A DNA stretch of 64,000 nucleotides from Octopus vulgaris (GCA_951406725.2 OX597817.1:17732001-17796000), one strand, 5' to 3'; counted from the first letter of the stretch, positions 25,433-39,200 are shown. Made by a program: numbers and translations. The notes: a model not told the origin generated them from the sequence alone.

Positions 25433-26480
25433 TATCTAACAGATAAGACTGCAATGTGGGCATAGAGAAAACCTTTGAGAAAACCATGGACAGAATTCAC
25501 TGATGTTCTAAGGATTGAAAAAAACCAAGAGATGGATATTAGATTGATGATGATGACACACATGCACACACATCCAAGTGCAAGCATGCACACACAGCAC
25601 TTTGTACTGATTCCCAAAGTCAGCTTTAAAATACCAAACATATATCCTTTGCCCTCTACATATTCCACATTAGTGTAAGTTTTCACAAATGAAAAACAGT
25701 TTTGTTTTTCATTGCATGTGACTATTCAGTGGCTCAGACACTACATTAACTCTCACTCCAACAAATTGGACCTGACACTGATTGCAACATATTTCACGGC
25801 AGATTATTATACAAACATTTTTTTTTGCAAACATTGAATCTCATGTTATAATAACACTTCGTTTGTAGCCTGTGATTATGTGTGCTGTATATATAAGTAC
25901 AAATTCAACCTTTGAAGACAAAATCTACTGATGTTTAAACTAAAAGTGACAGAATAATTTTTATGAGATATGAAAAGAATAAGAATGTTATATCTAAAAT
26001 TCTATTTAAAAAATCTAAATATCAAGATAAAAGAATGTATGTATGTATATATCCATGCACCTATGCATGAATAGATCTACACACACACACATTTCCATCT
26101 TTCTTGCACAAAAATGTTGGGCCCATTTATCTGGTCTGTCAATTTATAAGAGCTAATGTTAGGCAATGTACTCAAAACTGCATTGTCTTTATTTTCCCAA
26201 GATTCGGCTATTTTACTCTTTTACTTGCTTCAGTCATTGGACTGCAACCATGGTGAAACTAAATAGAAAATTTACAGGCCATGCAACAGTTGGTGAGGAA
26301 ATGAGTTAAATCTAATTTCTTGGATGACATTAATACCAGTAGCATTAACTGACATATAGAGGAAAGCTGATATGTAACATGAATAGATGAGAAGTAGTGA
26401 GAGAATGACATTAGTAGACTACATAAGGTAAAAGGAGCCCATATAGTCCTTTAACTGATGTCTGACTTTTAAATACAGGA

Positions 26481-27783
26481 AAAATAGTTTTTGTGTGTGG
26501 CAGATGCACTGGGCAATAAACACTGAGGATGTACAGAAAACAGATTCCATCACATGCCAGGAGGAGAAACTAGTAGTAGTTAATAGCTTCTGCTACCTTG
26601 GCAACCAAGTCTGTAGTGGGGGTGGTTGCTCTGAGAGTGCAGCAACTAGAGTAAGAATAGCCTGGGCAAAATTCAAGGAGCTCCTACCTCTGCTGGCAAT
26701 TAAGGGTCTCTCGATCAGGGTGAAAAGTAGACTGTATGATGCATGTGTGTGAACTGCCATGCTACACGGCAGTGAAACATGGGCCATGAATGCTGAGGAC
26801 ATGCGTAGGTTTGAAAGAAATGAAGCTGGTATGATCTGCTGGATGTGTAATGTCAGTGCGCATACGCAATGGAGTGTAAGCGCCCTGAGAGAAAAGTTGG
26901 GAATAAGAAGCAGAAAATGTGGTGTGCAAGAGAGGTGACTGTGCTGGTATGGTCATGTGTTACATACGAATGAAGACAGCTGTGTGAGGAAGTGCCACTC
27001 CCTAACTGTAGAAGGAACCTATGGAAGAGGTAGACCTAAGGAGACATGGGATGAGGTGGTGAAACATGACCTTCAAACATTGGGCCTCACAGAGGCAATG
27101 ACAAGAGACTGGGACCTTTAAAGATATGCTGTGATTGAGAAGACCCTGGCAACTAAAGTGAGATCACAGCTATGCATGTCCGGCCCTGTTAAAAATATCC
27201 CTGATGCATTATGCGATATGATATGCTTGAGAAGACCTGTTGAGTCAAGTAAAACCAATATCGTTGCTGGGGCCAGTGCTCCCTGACTGGCTCCTGTTCT
27301 GGTGGCACATAAAAAGCGCTATCTGAACATGGCCAATGCTGGCGGCACGTAAAAAGCACCAACCAATCGAGGCCAATGCCAGTGCCCCTAGTGCCGGTGT
27401 CACGTAAAAAGCACCATCCAAATGTGGTTGATGCCAGGTCCATCTGACTGGCTCCCATGCCGGTGGCATGTAAAAAGCACCAACTGATCATGGCCAATGC
27501 CAGTACCTGCTGATTGACTCTTGTGCCAGTGACACATAAAAAGCACCATCTGAACGTGATCGATGCCAGGCCTGCCTGACTGGCTCCTGTGCCAGTGGAA
27601 CGTAAAAAGCACCTACTACACTCTTGGAGTGGTTGGCGTTAGGAAGGCTGTCCAGCTGTAGAAACTCTGCCATATCAGACTGGAGCCTGGTGCAGCTGCT
27701 GGCTCTCCAGACCTTAGTCAAACTGTCCAATCCATGCCAGCATGGAAAATGGATGTTAAACGTTGATGATGATGATGATGATG
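26481..27783 (+). mobile_element. RTE-clade LINE, 5'-truncated and disabled
   Basis: Translates ...VNSFCYLG...RVRIAWAKFKELLPLL...LYDACV*TAMLHGSETW...R*LCWYGHVL...GRGRPKETWDEVVKHDL, typical of the RTE ORF C-terminus. 3' UTR has about 60-bp tandem units and a (GAT)n tail. Confidence 0.9.
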
Positions 27784-28252
27784 TGTGCTTATGTGTTTAC
27801 ACACACACACACTCCTCCGTCTCAGTTTATTTCTACTGCATTGGATATTTTGACAGTGATTCAATGGATCAGAAGACTATTTTGCTCCAGCATGCCAGTT
27901 TTCAGTTGTGGTACGGTATCTACAGCTGGATGCCCTTGATACTAACCACTTAACAGAGTGTACTGGGTGCTATTTTCATGGTACCAGCACAAGAGAGCAC
28001 ACATTATACATAGGTGGATGGTAGAGGCCAGAGTAGTGCCCAAAGAGAGAGAAATACGGAAGTGTCAATAATCTAGAACATACATGGTAACATGTCCAAG
28101 ATGTATAGAAGAATGCATGGATACAGAAGATTCAGGGAAAGTGATGAGTAAAGGTTGTAAGAATGTGGGAAGAGATTGAGAAATGGATATAAACATTGGG
28201 CAGAGATGATAAAGATGAGAGACAGATGCTGACTGCAAGTAGAGATAGTAAT

Positions 28253-28487
28253 ATATATTTCTTTACTACCCACAAGGAGCTAAACACAGAGGGGACAAAC
28301 AAGGACCGACAAACGGATCAAGTCGATTACATCGACCCCAGTGTGTAACTGGTACTTAATTTATCGACCCCGAAAGGATGAAAGGCAAAGTCGACCTCGG
28401 CGGAATTTGAACTCGGTACGTAATGACAGATGAAATACGGCTACGCATTTCGCCCGGCGCACTAACGTTTCTGCCAGCTCACCGCCT
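28253..28487 (-). mobile_element. SINE family B
   Basis: High similarity to the 24033 copy. Confidence 0.88.
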
Positions 28488-28819
28488 ATAAAGATAGTCA
28501 ATAGTCTAGAACATACATATATTACTAGAGATAGTAATATAGTGTGGTATATAGTAACAAGTTCTGCTTTCATTTCTTACAGCAACAGAATAACACAGAT
28601 GATACAATAGAGGATTAAGGACAGGGTGATGAGGAGTGGGTTTAAAGGCTGCAAATAGGGAAAAGAGATGGATACCAAGAAGGGTATGAAGTAATCATTA
28701 GTAAATATAAGGAGTGGCTGTCAATAGGAAGTGACACAGAAAGGAGAGAAGGAAGAAACAAGGAGTTTTAATGTTGGCAAGAGCTTAATTGTATGTATAC
28801 ACAATATGATCAAAAAACC

Positions 28820-29730
28820 TCAATGTGTGTCTGGGCAGGTTTTCTTGAGTGCTGATATTGCCAACCAATCCTTTTGTCATCACTTCCATGAGTTTCAGCA
28901 TCCTGGGATTAACCTTCACCACCTCATCCCATGTTGGCCTGGGTGTTCTTACACAGGTTTCATCTACTGTGAATGAACAGCACTTCTTTATACAACTATC
29001 CTCATGCATATACATCACATGCCTAATCTGACACAGTCTTCTCTCACACACACTACATCGGATTCTCCTCACACCCAGTTTTTCTTTCAACAACACACTT
29101 CTTCATTGACCATCCACAGACAATGCACTTCAAGCAGAGCATGCTTTCTTTCTTTCTTTCTAGTCTCCACAGGTCCTCTGCATTCAAGGTCCAGTTCATA
29201 TTCAGGTACCATACTGTCTGCTCTTCAATCTGAGAGAGAAACCTTTAGCTACTAACAGAGGTAATAGACCCTTGAACCTGTTCAGGCAACTATCTTTGAA
29301 ATCATCCTGTACCACAGCTAATTAGGTCACTTAGTTAACAGAAAGCTTCTGTTACCTCTAGAAACCCTCTCAAGTAATTTGAGAGTATCTATTTTCCATG
29401 TGCACCTGTGTCTTACCACATACAAAGTTTACTTTCTCTGTTAACCTATGTTCATAGTTTGGTCCATAAATTGCACTGTATCAAATTTTTACCCACTCTT
29501 TTTTCTATCAAGCAAGGACTTTTTTCTCATGGTAGCAGTGTCCTTTCTGTTTTCCTATTTACTAAGACTTTGGTCTTTGCTAAATTAACTTTGAAGCTCA
29601 AAGATTCCAGGTTTTGCTTCCATAACTGGAATTTTTCCTTCGGTCCTACTAGGGCACCCTGTCTTAAAACTCCTCTTTTATGGCCGGGATGACTATTATA
29701 AATAAAAGAGGGTTGAATCTTGAGGCCAGG
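28820..29730 (-). mobile_element. RTE-clade LINE fragment, older
   Basis: Minus-strand translation LKEKLGVRRIRCSVCERRLCQIRHV...RPRPTWDEVVK is homologous to the 26481 element. Confidence 0.8.
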
Positions 29731-29923
29731 TGGGTCCCTGTTTACACACTGAATTCATCCCAAAGTTGCTAACTCTCACAAGCCATTCATCTATTCCTCA
29801 CAGAAGACTGGAAATGAAGAGCATCACTTGTATGATGATGATAATTACAACTATTGGAAGACATCAAGCCAAGGAATGACAAACAAATGTGCCTATATAT
29901 ATATATATATATATATATATAAT

Positions 29924-30222
29924 CATCGTTTAATGTCTGCCTTCCATGCTAGCATGGGTGGGATGGTTTGACAAGAGCTGGCTGGGCAGAAGCCTGCACC
30001 AGACTTCTGTAACTGTTTTGGCAAGATTTTTACACCTGGATGCCCTTCCTAACACCAACCACTCAGCAGAGTGGACTTGGTGCTTTTTACATGGCACAAG
30101 CACAGGCGAGGTCAGTTTTGGCAAGGTTTTAACAGCTGGATGCCTTTCCATATGCCAACCACTTTACAGTGTGAACTGGGTGCTTTTAAGTGGCACCTGC
30201 ACTGACAGGGTCACCAAGTATG

Positions 30223-30284
<62 letters not shown>

Positions 30285-30541
30285 GAAACTATATATATAT
30301 GCATATGTATATAAATATATCATCATCATCATCATCCTCACCAAACATTCGTTTTCCATGCTGGCATGGGTGGATGGTTTGACAGGAGTTTGACAAGCCA
30401 GAGAGCTGCATCAGGTTTTAAATGTCTGTTTTGGCAGAGTTTCTACAGCTAGACACTCTTCCTAATGCCAACCACTTGACAGAGTGTACTGGGTGCCTTT
30501 ATGTGACACCAGCACTAGCGCTTTTTACGTGGCACCAGCAC
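29924..30541 (-). mobile_element. Two diverged RTE-related 3'-end fragments separated by microsatellites
   Basis: Both start with (CAT)n...tccatgct(a/g)gcatgggt and contain cttcctaa(c/t)(a/g)ccaaccact. Confidence 0.7.
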
Positions 30542-31053
30542 ATTGATATATGCATGAAATCATCATTGCTTTAATGTCTACTTTTCCATGCTCATTGAAT
30601 GGGTCAGATGGAATTTATTGAAGTAAATGTTCAATAGCTAGATGTGTTTCCAGTCTGCAAGCATGGTAAAATTTCCCTATAGCTGGACATGTTGTCACAG
30701 AAGATTGAACATGACAGACACTACTTGTATGGCAATATTGCTTATTTACAACTATCACAATGTTAAGACAAGGAAACACACACACACATGTACACAAATA
30801 TATATGGTGGGCTTCCTTCAGTTTCCATCTACAAAATTCACTCACAAGGCTTTGGGTGATCTGAGGGTATGGTAGAGGACATTAGCCCAAGTTGCCAGGT
30901 AGTAAGACTGAACCTAAAACCATATGGTTGGAAATTGACCATACTTCTGTGTGTGTGTATTGAACAACAGGCAAAAATATGGCTGCATGGTTTGAAAGTT
31001 TGCTTCCCAAGCAAATGGCAGCTTGAGCAAGTATTTTCTATAGTCCCAGGCTA

Positions 31054-31344
31054 ACGGCAGTGAAACATGGGCCATGAATGCTGAGGACATGCGTAGGCTT
31101 GAAAGAAATGAAGCTGGTATGATCTGCTGGATGTGTAATGTCAGTGCGCATACGCAATGGAGTGTAAGCGCCCTGAGAGAAAAGTTGGGAATAAGAAGCA
31201 GAAAATGTGGTGTGCAAGAGAGGTGACTGTGCTGGTATGGTCATGTGTTACATACGAATGAAGACAGCTGTGTGAGGAAGTGCCACTCCCTAACTGTAGA
31301 AGGAACCTATGGAAGAGGTAGACCTAGGGAGACATGGGATGAGG
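31054..31344 (+). repeat. Near-exact local copy of RTE segment 26766-27056
   Basis: 291 bp with 2 substitutions seen; same in-frame stop; sits inside a decayed SINE A. Confidence 0.92.
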
Positions 31345-31609
31345 AGACCTTGAGTGGATTTGATGAACTTAAACTGAAAAAAAAGCCATGTATATATATA
31401 TACATATGTGCATTTGTTTGTGCCTCTGCTTTGACATTATGTGATAGTTGTAAATAAATGTGACTGCCATTACAAGTGGTGTCATTCATTTTCAATCTTC
31501 CATGAAAACATGCCCAGTCACAAAGAAGTATTATCTTGAGTAGAAACAATTGAGGATTGGCAACAGGAAGAGCATCCAGTTGTAGAAAGTCTGTCTCATG
31601 CAAGCATGG

Positions 31610-31614
<5 letters not shown>

Positions 31615-31651
<37 letters not shown>

Positions 31652-31892
31652 TTAGTCCGCTTTCCATGCTGGCATGGGTTGGACGGTTCAACTGGGGTCT
31701 GGGGAGCCAGAAGGCTGCACCCGGCCCAGTCTGATCTGGCAATGTTTCTACGGCTGGATGCCCTTCCTAACGCCAACCACTCCGTGAGTGTAGTGGGTGC
31801 TTTTTATGTGCCACCGGCACAGGTGCCAGACGGGGCTGGCAAACGGCCACGGTCGGATGGTGCTTTTTATGTGCCACCGGCACGGGGCAGTC
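31615..31892 (-). mobile_element. RTE 3'-end fragment
   Basis: Long (CAT)n tail plus the conserved 3' UTR. Confidence 0.85.
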
Positions 31893-32661
31893 TCGACACT
31901 GAGTGAAATATCCTTTACTGACTGAGAAGGTTAAATGAGAGCAAACATGTTCATTGTTTTCAGTTGTTGTCTATATTGTTCAAAAATTATGTTCAGCTTA
32001 TCTTATTGTAGTCATAATCATCACTTTTTAAATCCCCTTTTAATTTTTAATTTTTTGAATTTTAATACAAGGAGTTTCCGTTTAATATTTGCTTTGATAA
32101 TCTCACTTAATAAAAGTTTTCAATTCACTTTATTACATATGCGAGATCCTACCACATTAGAAAGCTTAGCCTTTTGTATCAACCTAAGATGATAGATTTG
32201 AAACATAGGTAAATATTGTTTTGCAAACCCACCCAACAACTGTCGGCACATAAAATAGAAATAAAAGCAATAAGAATGAGAATTATCTTCATAAAATTTT
32301 TTTTTACATATTCACATCTTGATTTAATTAAGACTTAGGAAACCAACCTTTACTATCTCTCTCCTTGCTGAAATATTTATCACTAACTGCTTAATTTTGA
32401 CTTAATGTTTCTATGATTTCATTATCATTATGATGTCATCAGCATTATGATTATTCTCTTTAACATGAATGTTTTAATATTTAAGTAAGTATAACGATAA
32501 CAATGTTGCTGTTAAAACAGATTGCATACTTGAATTCTAGAAGGGAAATCACTAATTATTTTAGAAATCCAAATAATAAGAATATAAATCTCAATCTTAA
32601 AATGAAAAATATATGTCATAAGGAACTGTTCTGTGTTCTGACTGGTTATGTGCAACGAGAA

Positions 32662-33047
32662 GGAGGCGCAATGGCCCAGTGGTTAGGGCAGCGGACTCGC
32701 GGTCGTAGGATCGCGGTTTCGATTCCCAGACCAGGCGTTGTGAGTGTTTATTGAGCGAAAACACCTAAAGCTCCACGAGGCTCCGGCAGGGTATGGTGGT
32801 GATCCCTGCTGTACTCTTTCACCACAACTTTCTCTCATTCTTACTTCCTGTTTCTGTTGTACCTGTATTTCAAGGGGCCGGCCTTGTCACTCTCTGTGTC
32901 ACTCTGAATATCCCCGAGAACTACGTTAAGGGTACACGTGTCTGTGGAGTGCTCAGCCACTTACACGTTAATTTCACGAGCAGGCTGTTCCGTTGATTCG
33001 GATCAACCGGAACCCTGGTCGTCGTAACCGACGGAGTGCTTCCATCA
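32662..33047 (+). mobile_element. tRNA-derived SINE family C, young full-length copy
   Basis: A box tggcccagtgg, B box gtttcgattcc, CpG-rich. 15-bp TSD tatgtgcaacgagaa at 32647-32661 and 33048-33062. A decayed relative lies at about 16810-16975. Confidence 0.9.
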
Positions 33048-33331
33048 TATGTGCAACGAGAAAATGTTTGTTGTACTTTCATTTTGACATATCTTGCAGT
33101 TTTATTCTGAAATATTTAGTTGGTTTATACAAGTCATTGTTGTTGAAACTGAACAATAAAAAAAATTACCCAATACAAAATCAACTGTCATTAACTTTTC
33201 TCTGATATTATATATGGGTAGTTTTGGTGATTTATATTAGCAAATAGTGAACACTCACAATTAACAATAACTAAGGTTTTATACTAAAAGATATTTAAAT
33301 TCAAACATATTTAACTGAGGTACACTTTTAA

Positions 33332-33559
33332 TCCTTTAGCATTTAAACTGGTCATATCTGGCCAAAATATTCTACCTGACTTATGTTTAAACTAACCAGA
33401 TCCAGCCTTTCACACTTATCCTACAATGACATTCTAAAAATATACTATTTCATCATTGAAATCTTGAAGTCACAAGGTAGTGCATGATTCGATAAATTCA
33501 AAACATTAAATAAATAAGTATTACATTACATTTGACTGAGTAATCTGAATGCTAAAAGG
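33332..33559. mobile_element. piggyBac-like MITE
   Basis: TTAA flanks; TIR (t)cctttagcatt / aatgctaaaagg. Relatives at about 60375-60560 and about 8670-9210. Confidence 0.7.
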
Positions 33560-33645
33560 TTAAAGGTCAGCAACACAAAAGTATATGTGTGTGTGTCATC
33601 ATCAGCTTGTCCCTTGAATCCATAGATTAATTTCATCTCCTAGAT

Positions 33646-33825
33646 CAGTGGTTTTCAACCAGGGTTCCGCAAGAAGTTACAAAACTGCTAAAATCGGCAG
33701 TAATTTTTAATTCTCCTGTGCAGATATGTGTGCATAAGACAATTTAAGTTATTGCACAGGGGTTCCTCGAGCCAGTGGAATGTTTCCTTGGGGTTCCGCT
33801 CCAACAAAAAGTTTGAAAAGCACTG
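33646..33825. mobile_element. hAT (Charlie-like) MITE
   Basis: TIRs cagtggttttcaacc / gtttgaaaagcactg; exact 8-bp TSD tcctagat at 33638-33645 and 33826-33833. Confidence 0.9.
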
Positions 33826-34372
33826 TCCTAGATGAACATTTGGACCATTACAAAGGAAGAGATTCAATGGTGTGGGTTTCATTAAGGTGGATCACAACTT
33901 GCCAGGAGGTGACTCACACACTGAATTCTAAACCTTCCTCTGCAGCACGTGTGAGACAGGCAGAATCTGGGGATGAAACTGCAACAGATTGCTGCAGATT
34001 CTAAATTATGCTTGAATCACACCTTCATAGCCAGTTCGCCTGGTATTTTCCTCATCCCCTGGCATAAACCGTTGAGAACATCTAGTCGTAACAATATGAG
34101 AAGTTCTTCTCCCATCATCACTATCATTTAATGTTCAGTATTCATGCTGGCAAGCTGGGGAGCTGTACCAGACCCCAGTCTAATTTGGCATGGTTTCTTC
34201 AGCGGGATGCTCTTCCTAATGCCAATCACTTTACAGAGTGCACCAGGTGCTTTTATGTGGCACTGCACGGGTGTTTTTACATGGCGTCACATACATGGAC
34301 TCTGCATGTGTGTGTGTGGAACCAAAAAAGGCTATAGGACATTAAAGCAAGACTGGTAAGAGGAAGGGGACG

Positions 34373-34677
34373 GTGTCCTTAAACTGGAGACCAAACCCAA
34401 ATACTGCGGGACGTTCCGAAAAGCTCTACCTGCGACGATTTCATCTCAATCGAAAGAGAGGAGCTTTCTCCGTCCGGGTTGCGGATCCGTGGAACAAGCT
34501 GCCAGACGAGATGGTGAAGATGCCGACGACCGCTTTGTTCAAAGTCTCCCTTGACCTCAAGTGGCCTGAACTCTTTACATGAACACCACCCTGTACTTAA
34601 CTCCATGTCCCTCTACATGGCCTTGCTATTTGCTTTTGAGCCAAAAATTAACTAACTAACTAACTAACTAACTAACT
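34373..34677 (+). mobile_element. CR1-like LINE 3' end with (AACT)n tail
   Basis: Second copy, highly similar to 14696-14966; corresponds to ORF 34373-34582. Confidence 0.85.
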
Positions 34678-37600
34678 TGCAACAGAGTAGACCCTGCTAA
34701 AGACACCCAAAAGTGCTAAGTGGTGATGTTAAATTGAGCTTAACCACCTGAGTAATCTATTGCAAGATTTTAATTCAGAATAAAAACTGCAAAGCATCTG
34801 GTCTGATTGATACTTTTTTCACTGATCCTAAAATTGACTTCAGTACAATTTGAACTCAGAATGTACAGACAGACACAGAACAAATAGCATGAGACAATCT
34901 CCTCAATGTTCTAACATCTGCCAATTTGCTGTTTATGCAGATACTATATCATGAATGAGAAATAAATGAAAGCATTTACCACTACATACTGAGATACAAA
35001 AATAAGCCTGAAAGTTACTCATAATTTCTACTGGATTAGAGATTATTTATGGCCTGATGTATATAAGTTATATTCTCAAGGCATTGCATCAAAGATTTGA
35101 TAAAGTGGAAAGCTTGAGTATTTAAAATTGTTTTTTAAAAATGATAAAAATGTGTTTATAATATATATTAAATAGATATTTAAATACACTAGTTAATTTC
35201 ATTGTTTAACTTTGACATTACTGTGTGTACAGAAATATTGGTGCATATCCAGTGAGTTATTATTTACTTAAAATATAGTTTTTAAAATTTAAATATATAC
35301 TTTCAGTTTTTGTTATAATAATTTCTGCTTCTATCTATTATTAGGTATCACTGCAGAAAGGATACAAGCACAGTTTGAACACTCATAAACACTTCTTCCT
35401 TGAAAATTTTCATGCCAAACTGCATTTTTTTTCCACAGAAAATTATATAGCATTTGAAAGTTCTGGATGTGAACTTGCTTCTCATATAGTTTTGATCAAA
35501 ATCTGACATATTATGACAGGGTCCCTCAGTCACCCTAGTATTTCAATCCATTCACAGAGTTTGTCCCCCACCCTTTTTTCTGCCAAATGGTAACCCTCAT
35601 TCTAGTTCAATGAGCTAGAATGTTGTTGTAACTCAATCAAGACTAATACCTCAGATTTCAGATAGCAAAATCTCAGAAAAATAACAAAGGATATGCATCT
35701 GGGCATTATTGACTCTGCAAAACTGCAAATATTTCACTAAAATGTGGATATTATCCTGGTGTAGTTGGGCATTGTTGTAAAATCGATTATTTCCAGTGTT
35801 TTTTGCATTTTTCTCAAAATGACATTTCTGACTACTAGTAGCAATCTTTAGGTCATAATATCTCCGAGAATAACTGATATAATAAGCTGAAATTTTGCGT
35901 GTGTGTTACTTTGGTATGTGCCTAGATGCTGTTCTACTGTTATTAGATATACTTCATTTGTTCATCTTAGAGAGACACTTGAAAGCTACTACCCAGAGGT
36001 CAAAAACGCTTGAACTGCATATGGCTACGAGCGAGCCCACAATGAAATCTAGGTCAATTTCATCAATGTCTTTGATTCAGCATCCAGACTGTATCCCAAT
36101 CTGTTGGCATTCAAAGTTAGAGCATATCATCTTTGATAGTTTGGTGGAAAAACTGACCTTAAAAAAAGAGTGTGTTTGCCATGTTGGTCATGTGAAGAGA
36201 TAATGTGGAGATTTGAATATTATGTTTTTTGATAGAACATTAATCTTGATGTATGCCATATTTGGTTTACCTGGGTTTTATTCCTGCTCAGTGAGAGCAT
36301 CTTCAATTTAGGGTTGTTTTTCTATGTCTGAGGGTTAGTCTTGCCTTAACAATCAGCCATGAAGAAGACTGCTTTTGCTTTATTTTGATATAAATATCAA
36401 TGGGGTCAGATTATCATTATATATTATAAAATATATAAAAGTGAAAATTTCATCATTAATTTTCACTTAGAACATATTTTCTTCAAGATTTTATATCATA
36501 AGAAAGTAAAATTTTAATACAATCATTGTCAATCATCTGGCTACGCTATGATAAAAAAAAGCATGAAGTCAATAAAGAGGGTGGTACTACCATCCTGCCT
36601 ATAAATGATTAATGCATACTGATGCTACTTGTCAAACGTACATATTCCTGCATGGCGAGAAGTCAAATGGAACAGGAATCCAAGGCTTCAAATATTGATT
36701 TTGGGTCAGAATTTCAAGAAATGGACAAAGTAACTGGTAAATAAACATATTTCTACAAAAAAAAAAAAAAAAAAGCACTAAATTGAACTACACAATTAGC
36801 ATGGAATCATCATACTGAGAATGTTTTTTTTAACATGTGTCAAGCGATGTCCAAATTTTACGTACCAGATATTCTTGTGCACGAAAATTTTTTATTTTTT
36901 CTCTGAGAAATATTTGTCAAATTTTGTCAATACAAATTATATTGTGCAATGAATACTACTTTTTAGGATAATAAAGTCTGATGTGATATTTATTTCCCCC
37001 CATTTTGAATACAGTCAGATAATTTGTGGTAGTTTTTCCATTTTCGCAAATAACCGCTGACAATGTTTTAGTCGTTTTCTCTCTCTTTCTCTCTTCCCAC
37101 GACTAACAAGTTTGCTGTAAGTTACAGATGATTTTAATGCTAAAACAAGGAACTAGTTTTTACATTTTGTTTACATACAGGTTTACATACAATTCTGAGA
37201 CAGGTACCAGGTAGTCATGGAATGTGCTAGAAGCAACAGCTAAATCTCTCTTAAATTTGCCTGAAAATAATTTTAAAAAATTTTTTTTTTTTTTTTTACC
37301 AAAAAGGGTTTTTCCTATCATTTTTAAGTACATAATGCTAAAAAAAATTGGCCAAAATTGGTCAGGAGGATGGATGAAAAAAAAATTTCAAAAAATATTT
37401 TTTTATACACCCCCTCCCCCAATCATTTCCAAGGTCATGGTGAGAAAATATTGGGAAAATTCCTGCCAAAATGGAGAAAATCCAACTTACGTGGGTGCCC
37501 TGATTCAAAACTCCACCATTCTTATTGAACTGGTATCATGTCCAAAAATCTCAGGATATATTTAGTTCTATACCTACTACAAATGTGCCAAAATTCAAAT

Positions 37601-37885
37601 CCCTGTGGCTTGTACTTTTGGATTTAGCTACATCCGAAAACACCACAAAATCGCCTGTTTGTTACATGTAACAAAATAGGCTTTACATAAATATTTAAAA
37701 AATTGCCCCCCCCCCCCCCATTTCATTTTTGAGAACCATGAAAAAAATTAGGCAACTATTAGTTTGTGTGGTTTGAAAATGACTATCACCTCAGTTTCAA
37801 AGACATAACATCACAGATATGGCTAGTTGTTCTTCATTTAGGCCAATTAGGTAAAATTTAGACCAATATACTGACCATTCAAATT

Positions 37886-38183
37886 GTCATATTTCCTGGG
37901 CCTCATGGAGGCAATGACCAAGACCTTTGGCATTATGTTGTGCTTGAGAAAACCCATCAAGCCGGACAAAATCGCAGCCGTGACAGATACTGGTGTCATG
38001 CAAATGGCACCTGTGCCAGTGGCATGTAAAAGCAGCGATTACACTATCAGAGTGGTTGGCGTTAGGAATGGCATCGAGCTGTAGAAAACCATGCCAAATC
38101 AGACAGGAGTCTGTTGTAACCTTCCAGCTTACCGTCCAACCCATGCCAGCATGGACAGCAGATGTTAAATGATGATGATGATG
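37886..38183 (+). mobile_element. RTE 3'-end fragment
   Basis: ORF end (gggcctcatggaggcaatgac) through to the (GAT)n tail. Confidence 0.8.
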
Positions 38184-38499
38184 ATTCCAAATTTCATAAA
38201 TAAGATATCAAAATGTTTCTTTTTGGATGCTCTCCAAGAAAAAGTACAGTACAAATTAGATTTAAATATTTTCAAAATAGTGATTATATTTTTCATTAAA
38301 TTTTGCACTAATTTACTGATCAACGCTGGACTCAATATTAGAAACAAAATCAATACTTGTTTACATTTCATGTTTTATGCAGATTATTCATGAAATGAAA
38401 TTTTAGTAAAATCATTTTACTAAAAGGACTTAAGTCTGGATTCCAAAGAATAGGGATTTATTTAGTTCTATACCTACATCAGAACAATAAAATTTCTTA

Positions 38500-39149
38500 T
38501 CTATAGTTGTGTGAGTGTCTGTCTCCTACGATTTAGATTCCTAACTACTCCCACATTTTGCGGTGCAGTTTAACCAAATTCGGGTATCTTATAGTCGTGA
38601 TTCATATCGAGCCCGTCTGGGTATTAGCGCGCGTCTACGATGAGTCTACAATTTAAAAAGTAATTTAACATCATTTTTTCCCATTTTAACGCATATTTTT
38701 TCGTGTGTCGATGGCGGCGGAGTTGGCGTCCATGGTCACACCTGCACCTGTGTTGCTTCTCCCCCTTCTTCCCTCCCTCGTGAAGCTGTGGGGAAGGGAG
38801 TGTAAGGAAATCAACGTCGTAAAGCATTGTCAAGGAGACCAGCGTTCTTTTAGAACAACGACTTCATGGCTTGAAGACACCAAAACAGAAATGGCTAAGA
38901 AAGCGTCTATGATGAGTCTACGATTTTAAAAAAATTTACCATCATTTTTTCCATTTTAATGCATTTTTTCGCTATTATATAAGGGAAGTAACTCTCTAAA
39001 AATGTCTACGATGAGTCAACGATAAAAAAAAAAAAATTACCATCATTTTTTTATTCCATTTTTAATGCATTTTTTTGCTATAACTCTCTAAAAATGCTTA
39101 TATAGTTATTTCCCTTACAAACCCGAGCAATGCCGAGCGATACTGCTAG
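38500..39149 (+). mobile_element. Non-autonomous Helitron
   Basis: A|TC start, 3' hairpin acccgagcaatgccgag, CTAG|T end, three internal direct repeats. Confidence 0.82.
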
Positions 39150-39200
39150 TTAAAAATAAAATACTAAAGCTAAATTTGGGACAAAATTATTACAGAAATA

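Noticed and set aside
27260-27615. CRISPR-like repeat/spacer appearance (also at 57850-58096)
   Set aside because: The spacers are homologous to each other, the array is part of a LINE 3' UTR, the context is eukaryotic and there are no cas genes.
31307-31906. Poly-Met and poly-His ORFs
   Set aside because: They are translations of the (CAT)n/(GAT)n RTE tail.
32662-32736. tRNA gene
   Set aside because: The A and B boxes belong to a TSD-flanked SINE head; there is no complete cloverleaf.
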